A DNA stretch of 51,704 bases from a bacterium (lineage in GTDB: Bacteria; Electryoneota; Electryoneia; Electryoneales; Electryoneaceae): positions 1 to 51,704 of the forward strand of contig JAZDLX010000161.1 in the NCBI GenBank assembly GCA_043801585.1. Direction: 5' to 3'. Positions 9,063-19,359 of this stretch are shown in pieces. Below the pieces are notes generated by a model. That model saw only the letters and a list, made by a program, of their open reading frames with translations, searched no databases and was not told where the DNA came from. How positions within the stretch are numbered: the first letter of the stretch is position 1; each line of letters opens with the position of its first letter. A program made the position numbers and the translations under genes.

Positions 9063-9529
9063 CAGGCGAGGGGCACCTTGAAGCCATTTGCGGCGAACTC
9101 GTCGAGTTTTTTCGCCACGCCGGGATCTGTCAACGCCACGATACGCGCCGCAAGAACACCCGCGTTGATCGCTCCTGCCGTGCCGACCGCTACCGTCGCC
9201 ACCGGAACGCCCCCAGGCATTTGAACTGTGGAGAGCAAACTGTCGAGACCGTCCATGAGACCCCCGGGAAGAGGAACGCCGATCACCGGCAACCGGGTTC
9301 GTGCAGCGACGTTTCCCGCGAGATGGTTCGCCATTCCCGCCGCGGCGATCACCACAGAGAATCCGCGTTCGGCCAGCGTGCTCACATACAGCGCCACCTC
9401 CTCGGCGTTGCGGTGCGCGCTGAGTACCTTCGTCTCGTACTCGATGCCGAACCAGTCGAGGATCGGATGAGCCCGTTCGACGGTTTCCCGGTCGCTCACG
9501 CTCCCCATCAGGATCGCCACTTTCGCCAT
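9062..9529 (-). CDS. purE: N5-carboxyaminoimidazole ribonucleotide mutase
   Basis: ILMGSVSD, SAHR, IAAAGMANHLAG, PVIGVP, GLDSLLSTVQMPGGVPVATV. Confidence 0.97.
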   Translation of the reverse strand: MAKVAILMGSVSDRETVERAHPILDWFGIEYETKVLSAHRNAEEVALYVSTLAERGFSVVIAAAGMANHLAGNVAARTRLPVIGVPLPGGLMDGLDSLLSTVQMPGGVPVATVAVGTAGAINAGVLAARIVALTDPGVAKKLDEFAANGFKVPLA

Positions 9530-9570
9530 GTGTCTTTCCCTCTCCTGTTGTCCGGCTTTCAGTTTCTGCT

Positions 9571-10572
9571 CTATGGGACAAACGTGTTCATGATGATGTC
9601 AAGTTGACGCAATAAAGGCTCCTTTTGCCGATCCGGCGCGAACACCGAACCGTCGAGAAGGTACAAGGTGCCGTTGTCGTGCAGCAAGTATGCTTCAAAC
9701 GGACCCCCTCCAATCGAACCGTAGGTTTCCCAGACGCCCTCGACGCGAAGCGCTTCCAGCCCGCCCAGGTTCACCATCCTTGAACGAAGAATGGCTGGAT
9801 TCACCCGGACAGAATCCGCGTAGCTTTTTCCAATGCGATTACGCAAGGCGAGCAACGTATCGACGGTAACATCCTCCGGTGTACCGAAGATCCAGGCGAC
9901 GAGCAGGAAACGATCAGGAAGCCAGCGGCGCAGAAGAACGTAGTCCGGGTCTTTGTGTGACGCAACGAGGTGGAAGTCGTTGGGAATCCTGATGGACCAT
10001 CCATGTGCTTCCCGGAGGCTGTCCGCCAGCGCCTTCTGCTCCAGCTGGGAGTAAAGTTGCTGTTCCATGCGTTCGTCCCGATCCCGGGCGAGGATCGTAT
10101 AGACGACATCTGCATTCTCTTCGAGGTACAGTCGCAACGAATTCACGTCGGGAGTGACCACGAATACCGCGGTCTGGCCAGTTGCCCAAAGGTCTCTTCG
10201 ACGGAACACCTTGTTCCTTCCAGATTGAACCTTCTCGATTGCGTCTGACGAAAGGCTTCCGCGCAACCAGGCACTGACCGAATCCTTTCCTTCAAGCGTT
10301 CCAACGACGATAATGCTCTGCCAGCGACGCACTCCCTTCAGGAAATCAAGACCGCCCAGTTTCGTGTAAAACCGGCTTTCAGCCTGAGGGGTTTCGACTG
10401 TTCTCTCAAGGGCGGGCACAAGCAATTGTTCCGTCACTTCCCGCTGGGCGCCGTCAACGATAACGCCGACAAGGGCGTCCCCCTCGCCGGACAGAGGTTT
10501 GAACAGGCCACACCCGCCCGCTATCATCAGAAGTGCAATGGCAAGCAGCATTCGCCGAGTGCGTTTCATCAT
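9571..10572 (-). CDS. DUF4837-like lipoprotein
   Basis: Lipoprotein signal peptide with lipobox (IAGGC). DLWATGQ, IRIPNDF, EGVWE...GGPF and VFAP..K..LLRQLD motifs recalled for DUF4837. Confidence 0.7.
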   Translation of the reverse strand: MMKRTRRMLLAIALLMIAGGCGLFKPLSGEGDALVGVIVDGAQREVTEQLLVPALERTVETPQAESRFYTKLGGLDFLKGVRRWQSIIVVGTLEGKDSVSAWLRGSLSSDAIEKVQSGRNKVFRRRDLWATGQTAVFVVTPDVNSLRLYLEENADVVYTILARDRDERMEQQLYSQLEQKALADSLREAHGWSIRIPNDFHLVASHKDPDYVLLRRWLPDRFLLVAWIFGTPEDVTVDTLLALRNRIGKSYADSVRVNPAILRSRMVNLGGLEALRVEGVWETYGSIGGGPFEAYLLHDNGTLYLLDGSVFAPDRQKEPLLRQLDIIMNTFVP

Positions 10573-10649
10573 TCCCCCTTGTCAACACGAAGCCCCCATC
10601 CCGGGGGCTTTCAATGTAACAACACAGTGCTGATCCTCGTTCATCCCCC

Positions 10650-11681
10650 TCACACCCCGGGCAATTCTGCGGCGCTCCGGGTTCCACGCAAATACGCAAT
10701 CAATATTGAACGGGGGTACACCACCCTGGCGATTTCGGCGTCGCTTTTGTGGCGAATCGACTGCGCCTGACGCCGCGCGATCAGCCAGTCCGGTGTGCGC
10801 ACAAGAAACGCCAGCCAACCTAACCATACGGCAAACATGCGCTTCGGCCTTCCCATCAATGTTTCCGCCACACCGATGCCGTGGTCGAGAAAAATGCGGG
10901 TCAGCATCAGCCACCACAACCGTTTCGCCTCCGCGTTCTTCGCAATGGTGATCAGGTTGTTGCGGTGGTTCAGAAACATTTTCCGCCACGACAGGTAGGA
11001 GAGGGTCCCGCCGCCGAAATGCTCGACGACCCCCTTGGGGGCGGACATCGCCCGCCATCCCGCGTTCCAGGCTCGCCAGGCGAGGTCGATCTCCTCCATG
11101 TGGGCAAAAAAGCCCTCGTCCAGAAGCCCGACGTCTTCGAGAGCCTCGCGGCGCCAAAGGCAGGCTGTTCCGGACGCCCAGAAGATTTCACGGCTCGTAT
11201 CGTACTGGCCCTTGTCCTCTTCGAGAACACCTCCGATACGCCCCAGCGCAAACGGAAACCCATAGCGGTCGATCAAGCCTCCGGCTCCGCCAGCGTAATC
11301 GAATTTGCCCTCATCCTGTTGAGATAGAATTTTCGGCTGAACCGCCGCAATGTCGGGAGCGGAGCGGCCAACGGCGAGCAGCTCATCCAAAATTCCGGGC
11401 CGGATACGCACATCATCGTTCAGCAGCCACACCCACTCCGCATGTGTCGCCCTGATTCCGGCGTTGCATCCACCGGCATACCCGAGATTTTCGCTGAGGT
11501 GGAGAACGCGAACCCAGGGGTACGCCTGTTGTACCGCCCCCACCGACCCATCGCTCGAGGAGTTATCGACAACAAGGACTTCTACTCCCTGGGTCAAACC
11601 GCGCTCTCTCTCGAGGTCCGCGAGCACAGAGAGCAGCGCCTCGTGTCCGCGGAGATGAGGTATGACGACGGAAACACTCAT
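10650..11681 (-). CDS. Glycosyltransferase family 2
   Basis: VVDNSSSDGS, ENLGYAGGCNAG, LLNDD, FDYAGGAGG, FWASG, FFAHMEEIDL. Overlaps the upstream gene by 4 nt. Confidence 0.9.
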   Translation of the reverse strand: MSVSVVIPHLRGHEALLSVLADLERERGLTQGVEVLVVDNSSSDGSVGAVQQAYPWVRVLHLSENLGYAGGCNAGIRATHAEWVWLLNDDVRIRPGILDELLAVGRSAPDIAAVQPKILSQQDEGKFDYAGGAGGLIDRYGFPFALGRIGGVLEEDKGQYDTSREIFWASGTACLWRREALEDVGLLDEGFFAHMEEIDLAWRAWNAGWRAMSAPKGVVEHFGGGTLSYLSWRKMFLNHRNNLITIAKNAEAKRLWWLMLTRIFLDHGIGVAETLMGRPKRMFAVWLGWLAFLVRTPDWLIARRQAQSIRHKSDAEIARVVYPRSILIAYLRGTRSAAELPGV

Positions 11682-14600
11682 GGCGTCCCCGACACTTGGC
11701 CACCATAACTAAACAACAGCTTTCTCGCCTCTTCGTCACGGGGATTGATCTGCAGCCACGACTGGAGCACTTCGATCAACCCGGAGGTGTCGCCGCTGGC
11801 TTCGTATACATTGACCAGTCCGCCATAGACTTCGGGGTTGCGCGGCTGGGTAACCAACAACTGGCGATAGAGGGCTTCGGACTCGCGGTAACGGTTCTTG
11901 GAGTAATAGAAATTCGCCAGTTCAAGCTGATCACGCAGCGAAAGGCCCTCTCGATTCTGAAGCATGTCGAGAACACTGTTGACCGCTTCCTCGTCGTTCA
12001 TCCGGTTATATACCGCAGCCGCCGCGAACAGCGCCCTGGCGGTCGGCCGCCCTTTTAACACCTCGCCGACCATCTCGAGCGCCCGCAGGCTGTCTCCCCC
12101 AAATTCGTAGGTGAAATAGGCCATCTGCATCTGGCCTTCGGGATCTTTCTGCTTGCCCCCGAGAATGAATCCATGACTGAAATAAGTCTTCGCGGACTCA
12201 TTGTCACCCAACTCCGCAAAGAGTCGTCCTACCTGCCCCGCCACTGCCAGGTTCGACGTTTCGATCGCATCCGGCGGCATGATGGTGTTCATCTTCTGCA
12301 ACGTCAACAGCGCTTTTTCGTTGGGAGAGAGCTCATCGAACCGGTCTTCCCACTGTTCCCGTGGAATGCCGCTCGACGCGTTCACTTCCCCGTGGGTTCT
12401 GGCGGCTTCGCGGTAATAACTGAATGCGAGCTGGAGAAATGCGCTTCGGTAGTTCTGGAGCAAGGTGACAATATTGTCGAACAGGAACACTTTCGGGTTG
12501 TCCAGATTGCGGTAATGACCATCATAGGTTTCAAACAGGTTTGTCTTCATCTTTTCCATATCGACGGAAGGAGCCTTTTCCGAATGAAGACGGAAGACCA
12601 GTCCCTCCATCGAGAGCCAGGGACCCAACCCCAACATGTTCTGCTGTGAAACGGTCACGGCAAAGTAGATTGGCTGTTTCCACTTGTTCTGTTCAATGAT
12701 GTGCAGAACCATGATGTCCTGAATACGAAGGAAGTTCGGATCACCTGCTGTTTCATTCGGCAACCCGGTCGGGATGTACATGGTCGCCGGAACCTCCCAC
12801 TTCATGTCTCCCGCAAGAGTCGTGATCTTCCATTCCCGCCGATCCTTCGGCCAATAACGAAGCAGCAACGCCTCGTCGGTCCTTGCCGTCAGGCGCATGT
12901 CGATGTCGCGGTCCGAGAACGCCACCGGGACGCGCGGCTCGTCGTCACGAAGCTGTTTGATATACCAGTCCGTGTTCAGCAGTGAAAGGTTGACAACCCG
13001 CACGTCCGGACGGACTTTCTCCACCACCTGGAGGTACCAGACGGGGAACGTGTCGTTATCGCCGTTTGTGAAGATGATCGAATGGGGTTCACAGGACTCC
13101 AGCATGTTGTGGCTGTAATCCCAGGCCACGTAGTTGCCGGAACGTTTGTGCGTGTGATAATTCTGCGCAAGCATGTTGACCGGTACGGCGAGCACCATCA
13201 GCACGACGACCGCGATCGACACGATTCCGCGAACAGCAGGCGAGCGCTTCCGGAAGAAATCACCAACGAACTCGACCAGTGCGGCGACCCCCATGCCCAC
13301 CCAGATTGCGTAAGCGAAAAACGAACCGACATAGGCATAGTCCCGCTCACGGGGTTGAGGGTCCTCCTGATTCAGGTAAATGATGACCGCCAAGCCGGTC
13401 ATCAGGAACAGCAGTCCGACAACACTCGCCCGCTTCCAGTCCCGCCAGAAATGCCAGAGCATTCCCATCAAACCGAGGATGAAGGGGAAGATCAGCACCT
13501 CCCCGTGCTCGCCAATAAAGTATTGCCAGGCGAGGTAGCGGATATACATCCGGTTGAGCTGGTACTTCCAAAGAGGCGCTTTGCGCTCGAGAATGTGGAA
13601 GCGAAGGACTTTGTTTCCTCCGAGCGACATCATGAGCGCACCGCCGTTTCGCATTCTCGCACGAACGGACGGCGACACGTTCTGGATTTCCACGGGACCG
13701 ACCTGGCCGTACTGTTCGCGATTCAGGTAGCTGATCAGTCGTTCGACAGTGTCCGGCTGATTTTCATTGATGATCAGATTTTCATTGGCCCGGACATAGA
13801 CCACGAGGTAAGTGGAATAACCGACGACCACGAGCAGAACGCTGGCCAGAACAACCGCCAGCATCGAGCGGCGGTAACGCACCGCCAGCACAAACGCGAC
13901 GATTGCCAACACAAGCAGAAGCACCAGGTCGTAAATCCCTCCTCGCAGGAGACGTGGGATTCCACTGACCAGCCCTGGATAGACAACAAGGATTGCTATG
14001 AACGAAACGCCAAGTGCAACAATCACACTTTTCCAGCCGAATTTGTATTTCTGAAAATAGATCAGCATCACAATCGGCGACAGCGCGAGAACGTTCAGCA
14101 GGTGAACCCCTGTTGCCAGGCCAACGAAGTAGGCAATCAGCAGCAGGTAGCGTGTTGACTCGGGATCATCGCTGTTGTCCATCCACCGGACCGCCAGCCA
14201 TACAACAAGTGCGGTGAAGAACATGCTGATTGCGTACACTTCCGCTTCCACGGCGTTGAACCAGAAACTGTGGGACGCGGCGAAGGCGATTGCTCCGATG
14301 GCGCCGGACCCATACAACACGATCTGATCCTGGACGGATTTCTCCCTGCCAAGCCACCGGCGGGTCAAGCGAACAATCACGAGGTAGGTAAGCAGTACAG
14401 TGAACGCCGAGACGAGCGCCGACAGCGTGTTGACACGCAGGCCGATGTCGGGAAGCGGGACGATCATGGAGAAGAGTCGTCCGAGGAGCAGAAAGAACGG
14501 TGCACCGGGAGGGTGGGGCACCGAAAGTGTGTAGGAGCATGCGATGAATTCGCCGCAATCCCAGAACGAGGTTGTCGGCGCGATCGTGCTGAAATACATC

Positions 14601-14695
14601 ACGAGACTGATCAGCAGCACACCCGCTGCTACATAACGGTGCACACGGGGGTTGACCGGCGATGACGCCGAACTCAGGATGGATTGTTCACTCAC
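11678..14695 (-). CDS. DUF2723 multi-pass membrane protein (TMEM260/GT117-like GT-C glycosyltransferase) with C-terminal TPR-like repeats
   Basis: APTTSFWDCGEFI, VPHPPGAP, FWFNAVEAEVY, YLNREQYG, QPRERDYAYVGSF, IFTNGDNDTFPVWYLQ and NLSLLNTDWYI motifs. Many TM helices and a helical TPR-like C-terminus. Confidence 0.88.
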   Translation of the reverse strand: MSEQSILSSASSPVNPRVHRYVAAGVLLISLVMYFSTIAPTTSFWDCGEFIACSYTLSVPHPPGAPFFLLLGRLFSMIVPLPDIGLRVNTLSALVSAFTVLLTYLVIVRLTRRWLGREKSVQDQIVLYGSGAIGAIAFAASHSFWFNAVEAEVYAISMFFTALVVWLAVRWMDNSDDPESTRYLLLIAYFVGLATGVHLLNVLALSPIVMLIYFQKYKFGWKSVIVALGVSFIAILVVYPGLVSGIPRLLRGGIYDLVLLLVLAIVAFVLAVRYRRSMLAVVLASVLLVVVGYSTYLVVYVRANENLIINENQPDTVERLISYLNREQYGQVGPVEIQNVSPSVRARMRNGGALMMSLGGNKVLRFHILERKAPLWKYQLNRMYIRYLAWQYFIGEHGEVLIFPFILGLMGMLWHFWRDWKRASVVGLLFLMTGLAVIIYLNQEDPQPRERDYAYVGSFFAYAIWVGMGVAALVEFVGDFFRKRSPAVRGIVSIAVVVLMVLAVPVNMLAQNYHTHKRSGNYVAWDYSHNMLESCEPHSIIFTNGDNDTFPVWYLQVVEKVRPDVRVVNLSLLNTDWYIKQLRDDEPRVPVAFSDRDIDMRLTARTDEALLLRYWPKDRREWKITTLAGDMKWEVPATMYIPTGLPNETAGDPNFLRIQDIMVLHIIEQNKWKQPIYFAVTVSQQNMLGLGPWLSMEGLVFRLHSEKAPSVDMEKMKTNLFETYDGHYRNLDNPKVFLFDNIVTLLQNYRSAFLQLAFSYYREAARTHGEVNASSGIPREQWEDRFDELSPNEKALLTLQKMNTIMPPDAIETSNLAVAGQVGRLFAELGDNESAKTYFSHGFILGGKQKDPEGQMQMAYFTYEFGGDSLRALEMVGEVLKGRPTARALFAAAAVYNRMNDEEAVNSVLDMLQNREGLSLRDQLELANFYYSKNRYRESEALYRQLLVTQPRNPEVYGGLVNVYEASGDTSGLIEVLQSWLQINPRDEEARKLLFSYGGQVSGTP

Positions 14696-14844
14696 GATGG
14701 TTCCTCTCGGTGGCTGGCTGTAGAAGGCTTAATATCACGCCCTTCATACCCCCGGGGCAAGGAAGAGAGCCGGCTCCCGTACCTGTTTCCACTTCCTGTT
14801 TTTTGCACGATCCTCGCCCCCGGCGGTTCCTGGCACGTCCACAG

Positions 14845-14877
14845 AAAAAAAGCCTGCTCCGGAAATCTGGAGCAGGC
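14845..14877 (-). terminator. Intrinsic terminator after the histone-like gene
   Basis: Minus strand reads GCCTGCTCCAG-attt-CCGGAGCAGGC followed by T7. Confidence 0.8.
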
Positions 14878-14923
14878 ATCGAAATCCAAAGCAACCTTTT
14901 TACAAACAGTACGGATACCCTCC

Positions 14924-15646
14924 CTACTTGCGGGCCTTCTTGGCGGTTGTCTTCTTTGCTGCGGTCTTCTTCTTCGCCGGAGCCTTCTTGGCAGCCGGTT
15001 TCTTGGCGGCGGGTTTCTTTGCTGCCGTCTTCTTCGCAGCGGGTTTCTTCTTGGCGGCCGTCTTCTTCGCTGCCGGTTTCCTGACCGTTTTCTTTGCTGT
15101 CGCCTTCTTGGCAGCTGGTTTCTTGGCTGTTGCCTTCTTCACCGCCGGTTTCTTTGCTGCTGTCTTCTTCACTGCCTTCTTCTTTGCTGCTGGTTTCTTC
15201 ACCGCCTTCTTCTTTGCTGCTGGTTTCTTTGCTGCTGCTTTTTTCGCAGCCGGCTTCTTTGCAGCCGCCTTCTTGGCAGTTGCTTTCTTTGCTGCTGGTT
15301 TCTTCGCGGCGGGTTTCTTCGCCGCAGCGGATGTGCTCACCGCGCCCTCCTTTCCGGCACGCTTACGCTTTATGCCGGACTTCTTTTTAGTTGACGCCCT
15401 GGGTTTCGCCCTGGCGGTCACAGTTGCCGCCACGGCATCGTCCCCGTATTTGAAGTGTGTTTCAATCGTACCGTCTGCACGATGAACAAAGACCTGACTC
15501 GGTTCGCTGTTCTTCGCCAGATCTCTCGCCTGATCCATTGCATCAAACTTCCTGCGATGAATCTTTATCGCACGACCACCCTGACTGATTTTCACCTGCC
15601 ATCCGCCGTCCGAATGCGGCATGACTCGATACGTTTTACGTGCCAT
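14924..15646 (-). CDS. DUF2188 domain fused to a histone H1-like Lys/Ala/Pro-rich tail
   Basis: GAGGAGGT RBS before ATG 15646. N-terminus [14 protein letters not shown]...[10 protein letters not shown]...[11 protein letters not shown]...YG fits DUF2188. C-terminus has about 26 KKPAA-type repeats. Confidence 0.85.
   Translation of the reverse strand: MARKTYRVMPHSDGGWQVKISQGGRAIKIHRRKFDAMDQARDLAKNSEPSQVFVHRADGTIETHFKYGDDAVAATVTARAKPRASTKKKSGIKRKRAGKEGAVSTSAAAKKPAAKKPAAKKATAKKAAAKKPAAKKAAAKKPAAKKKAVKKPAAKKKAVKKTAAKKPAVKKATAKKPAAKKATAKKTVRKPAAKKTAAKKKPAAKKTAAKKPAAKKPAAKKAPAKKKTAAKKTTAKKARK
14927..15325 (-). repeat. Degenerate 15-nt coding tandem repeat ([15 protein letters not shown] units)
   Basis: Repeating ttctt...gc units on the + strand, including a near-exact 30-nt tandem duplication at about 15165-15229. 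Confidence 0.85.
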
Positions 15647-15853
15647 GGTACAACCTCCTCGGGGATGAACGTGTCGCTCTCGTCTTCTCTCCGATGCGGA
15701 AATGTACACATATCAGGAGCCTGTCAAGACTTCCAAGGGTTACTTCATCACTTTTTTTTGCGACGCGTCCCCGCGAGCTCTCTTCTCCTTCCGAGAGAAA
15801 AAATGCCCGAATTTTTCGGGCATGAGAAGTTGATCAACTCTTTTGGAGCTGTT

Positions 15854-18532
15854 TTATTTTTTACCGGCAGCCTTCGCATCCACTTCACGCCCCCGATCCT
15901 CCTGCTCCGGTTTCACAGAAGACTCTGTGGGATTCTTCCAGGACACGCGAAGCTTGCCCTTTTGAACGTCAACGGTCAAATCAGATCCATCGAGCACTTC
16001 ACCCGCAATCAGCGCTCTCCCGATCCGTGTCTCCAGTTCGTGCTGGAGGTAGCGCTTGAGCGGTCGAGCACCGTACACAGGATCAAATCCCTGACGCGCC
16101 ACATGCTCTCGTGCGGCGTTGGTCAACGTCAGCGTCATCCGTCGGTCCGCGAGACGGCGGCGCAAATCATTCGTCTGCAAATCGACGATGCTCTCGATCT
16201 CCAGCAGGGTGAGCGCCTTAAACATAACGACATCGTCTATTCGATTCAGGAACTCGGGGCGGAACGCTGCTCGAAGCTCGTTCATCACGGACGTGCGGGC
16301 CGTCTCCTTGATCTCACCGTTGGCATCGAATCCCTCGATGAGATAGGTGCTGCCAATGTTGCTTGTCATGATCAGTACCGTGTTCTTGAAGTTCACCGTT
16401 CTTCCATGACTGTCGGTGATGCGCCCGTCGTCAAGGATCTGCAGCAGCACGTTGAACACGTCCGGGTGTGCCTTTTCGATCTCGTCGAAGAGGACAACGG
16501 AATAGGGTTTACGGCGCACTGCCTCGGTGAGCTGTCCGCCCTCATCATAACCGACATACCCCGGGGGTGCTCCGATCAGACGGGAGACAGCGTGCTTCTC
16601 CATGTACTCTGACATGTCGATACGGACGATGTTGTCTTCGCTGTCGAAGAGAGCTTCCGCGAGTGTCTTCGCCAGCTCCGTTTTTCCGACACCTGTCGGA
16701 CCAAGGAAGAGAAAGCTGCCGATCGGCCGGCGTGGATCCTTGATTCCCGCGCGAGCGCGGATCACTGCGTCCGCGACGAGCTTGACGGCCTCCTCCTGAC
16801 CGATGACTCTTTGGTGCAGCACTTCGTCGAGTTTCAGCAGTTTCTCCCGCTCGCCCTCGACAAGCCTTGTTACCGGAATGCCAGTCCACTTGCTGACGAT
16901 GTCCGCGATCTCTTCCTCCGTCACCTCTTCGCGCAGGAGTTGCTGGTCGCGGGAGCGCAGTGAGGTCTCCGCCCCGGCGAGCTTCTTCTGCAGGTTCGGG
17001 AGGGTGCCGTGCTGGAGCTCCGCCGCCCGGTTCAGGTCGTAGTCACGCTGCGCCTTGTCGATCTGCAGTTTGACAATGTCGATCTCCTCGCGCAGTTTGA
17101 CAACCTGCTGGATCTCCTCCTTCTCTTTCTCCCACTGGGCGCGCATCTCTTTCATCCTGTCGCGAGCGTCGGCGAGCTCCTTGCGGAGATTTTTCAAGCG
17201 TTCGGCGCTCGCCTTGTCCTTCTCCTTGGCAAGCGCACGCTCCTCGATCTCGAGCTGCATCACACGCCGCGTCACCTCGTCGAGTTCCGAGGGCATGCTG
17301 TCGATCTCGGTGCGGATCATCGCGCATGCCTCGTCCACGAGGTCGATCGCCTTGTCCGGGAGAAAACGGTCACTGATGTAACGTTGGGAGAGAGTTGCGG
17401 CAGCCACCAGGGAGTTGTCCAGGATGCGGACACCGTGATGCACCTCGAACCTCTCGCGAAGACCGCGAAGGATGCTGATCGTATCCTCGACTGTCGGAGG
17501 GTCGACGATCACGGGCTGGAACCTCCGCTCAAGGGCGGCGTCGGGTTCGATGTGTTTCCGGTATTCGTCGAGAGTCGTCGCGCCGATACAGTGGAGCTCG
17601 CCCCGTGCAAGCATCGGCTTCAGCATGTTCCCTGCATCGAGCGCTCCCTCCGCCTTGCCCGCTCCGACGATGGTGTGCAGTTCATCAATAAAGAGAAGGA
17701 CGCGGCCATCCGACTGCTTGATCTCCTGCAGCACCGCTTTCAACCGCTCTTCGAATTCGCCACGGTACTTCGCGCCCGCCAGCAGCGCTCCGAGGTCGAG
17801 GCTGAAGATGCTCTTGTTCTTAAGGCTCTCGGGAACGTCCCCACGCACGATACGGTGCGCCAACCCTTCGACGATCGCCGTCTTGCCGACGCCGGGCTCT
17901 CCGATCAACACCGGGTTGTTCTTCGTCTTCCGCGAGAGGATCCGGATGACACGGCGGATCTCCCCGTCGCGTCCGATCACCGGGTCCAGTTTGCCGGCAC
18001 GCGCCTCCTCCACGAGGTCACGTCCATACCGCACGAGCGCTTCGTAGGTCTCCTCCGGGTTTGCGCTGGCAACTCGCTGGTGACCACGCACCTGGGTCAT
18101 CGCCTGGAGGAATTTGTCACGGTCCACGTTGAACTTCTTCAGGATCGCCTTCAGTTCAACGCCGGAACCCCGCTCAAGGATCGCGAGCACGATGTGCTCG
18201 ACGCTGACGTATTCGTCGTGAAGCTGTTTCGCCTCGTCGAGCGCCGCAACGAGCACCCGGTTCATCCTCTGGGTTACCGCGACGAGCGAGGGGTCCACTC
18301 CGGGACCGCTCTGGCTCGAGCGCCGTGACAGCTCGTCCTCCAGCGCTCTCTTGAACGCGGGAACGTCCACTCCCATCCGTTCAAACAGGCGCGGAATCAA
18401 CCCGTTATCCTGATTCATCAGCGCGGCGAAGAGATGCTCGACATCCACCTGCACGTGGCCACGTTCAATAGCATCTTTTTGTGCTGCGTAAATCGCTTCC
18501 TGAGACTTCTTCGTGAATTGGTTCAAATCCAT
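15854..18532 (-). CDS. clpB: ATP-dependent disaggregase ClpB
   Basis: Clp N-domain, two AAA+ modules ([16 protein letters not shown]), coiled-coil M-domain ([10 protein letters not shown]), [21 protein letters not shown]. Confidence 0.97.
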   Translation of the reverse strand: MDLNQFTKKSQEAIYAAQKDAIERGHVQVDVEHLFAALMNQDNGLIPRLFERMGVDVPAFKRALEDELSRRSSQSGPGVDPSLVAVTQRMNRVLVAALDEAKQLHDEYVSVEHIVLAILERGSGVELKAILKKFNVDRDKFLQAMTQVRGHQRVASANPEETYEALVRYGRDLVEEARAGKLDPVIGRDGEIRRVIRILSRKTKNNPVLIGEPGVGKTAIVEGLAHRIVRGDVPESLKNKSIFSLDLGALLAGAKYRGEFEERLKAVLQEIKQSDGRVLLFIDELHTIVGAGKAEGALDAGNMLKPMLARGELHCIGATTLDEYRKHIEPDAALERRFQPVIVDPPTVEDTISILRGLRERFEVHHGVRILDNSLVAAATLSQRYISDRFLPDKAIDLVDEACAMIRTEIDSMPSELDEVTRRVMQLEIEERALAKEKDKASAERLKNLRKELADARDRMKEMRAQWEKEKEEIQQVVKLREEIDIVKLQIDKAQRDYDLNRAAELQHGTLPNLQKKLAGAETSLRSRDQQLLREEVTEEEIADIVSKWTGIPVTRLVEGEREKLLKLDEVLHQRVIGQEEAVKLVADAVIRARAGIKDPRRPIGSFLFLGPTGVGKTELAKTLAEALFDSEDNIVRIDMSEYMEKHAVSRLIGAPPGYVGYDEGGQLTEAVRRKPYSVVLFDEIEKAHPDVFNVLLQILDDGRITDSHGRTVNFKNTVLIMTSNIGSTYLIEGFDANGEIKETARTSVMNELRAAFRPEFLNRIDDVVMFKALTLLEIESIVDLQTNDLRRRLADRRMTLTLTNAAREHVARQGFDPVYGARPLKRYLQHELETRIGRALIAGEVLDGSDLTVDVQKGKLRVSWKNPTESSVKPEQEDRGREVDAKAAGKK

Positions 18533-18679
18533 GCTCTATCTCCTCGCCCGATCTCCCGGGGATTCATCTCCGAACAATGCAAAACGTACGTCCGTGGTCA
18601 GCTCACTCCCAAGGACAGGGAACCGACCCCGTTAATGGCCTTCTCTCCTACCATATATAAAGAGCATTTATCACTACTA

Positions 18680-18696
18680 TACAAGGCGCGTGCCAG
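18680..18696 (-). promoter_or_regulatory. Candidate sigma54 (-24/-12) promoter for clpB
   Basis: Minus strand CTGGCACGCGCCTTGTA versus consensus YTGGCACGNNNNTTGCW, one mismatch, at the -12 C. It lies about 150 nt upstream of clpB. Confidence 0.5.
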
Positions 18697-18846
18697 TGTT
18701 TGCACGCCTCGTTTTATGAAAAAACAACATTTTACGGAGTAGGATTTTCAGCCAAAGAACCATGTGTGCCATTTTGGCGTAGTATTCCGGCCTGTTTGAC
18801 AGAACTCCGCGCCCTTCATTCTTTGTTTCCGCCGAGGTTTCGCTTG

Positions 18847-18875
18847 TGGACGATACCTCAAGATCCTGCTACTAT
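18847..18875 (+). promoter_or_regulatory. Candidate sigma70 extended -10 promoter for archease-rtcB
   Basis: TGGACG-17 nt-TACTAT with TG at 18867-18868. Confidence 0.35.
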
Positions 18876-18913
18876 ACCACTGACCCCGTGAAAAACCCAT
18901 GACGAGGTACTCG

Positions 18914-19345
18914 ATGCGTGAATCCTATGTGTTGCTGGACCATACCGCCGACGCCGGCGCTGAAATCTCCTCTCCGACAAAAGAGGGGCTGGTGCGGGCC
19001 AGTACCGCCGCGCTCGCGGAAATACTCGGGATGGGCAAGTCCAACACGGGGAATGTGATGACAGCGGGGCTGCTGCTCCGTGGCCGTGGCGATACCGCCG
19101 AGGAGCAGCTTGTGGATCTGTTGAACGGTTGGTTGGCGTTGACGATGAAGCGTAGAGTGAGACCGGAGGTGCACGGTGTGAGCTGGGATTCCGGGGGGAT
19201 CGAGGCGGCGGTGGAGATTCACGAACCGGACGGCAGCCGCACGTTCTCCGCTGAAATAAAAGCTGTCACCTATCACACCGCCGCTGTCATCCCTCCGCGA
19301 CATACAGGCGAACCGTGGGCTGCCCGCTGGATCGTCGACCTTTAG
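18914..19345 (+). CDS. Archease (RtcB cofactor)
   Basis: N-terminal YVLLDHTADAG, C-terminal EIKAVTYH and WIVDL. GAGG RBS before ATG 18914. Directly upstream of rtcB. Confidence 0.9.
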   Translation: MRESYVLLDHTADAGAEISSPTKEGLVRASTAALAEILGMGKSNTGNVMTAGLLLRGRGDTAEEQLVDLLNGWLALTMKRRVRPEVHGVSWDSGGIEAAVEIHEPDGSRTFSAEIKAVTYHTAAVIPPRHTGEPWAARWIVDL

Positions 19346-19359
19346 GTGCGTGACTTACC

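Noticed and set aside
9063..9581. N-terminal extension of the 474-aa ORF 8157..9581
   Set aside because: It overlaps purE in another frame. The RmlD-like protein starts at ATG 9062.
14927..15325. Repeat tract as a possible CRISPR array
   Set aside because: The units are degenerate 15-nt coding repeats with no unique spacers, and no cas genes are present.
14684..15485. Plus-strand repetitive ORFs (AAGFFAA-, LLCC- and SSLL-rich)
   Set aside because: Antisense readings of the KKPAA repeat. The minus-strand gene has the RBS, the domain and the terminator.
15701..15727. TTGACA...TACATT promoter for the histone-like gene (minus strand)
   Set aside because: The spacer is only 15 nt. Plausible, but not supported well enough to list.
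15455..18328. Long plus-strand ORFs (385 aa and 439 aa) opposite clpB
   Set aside because: Typical antisense shadows of a conserved GC-rich gene.
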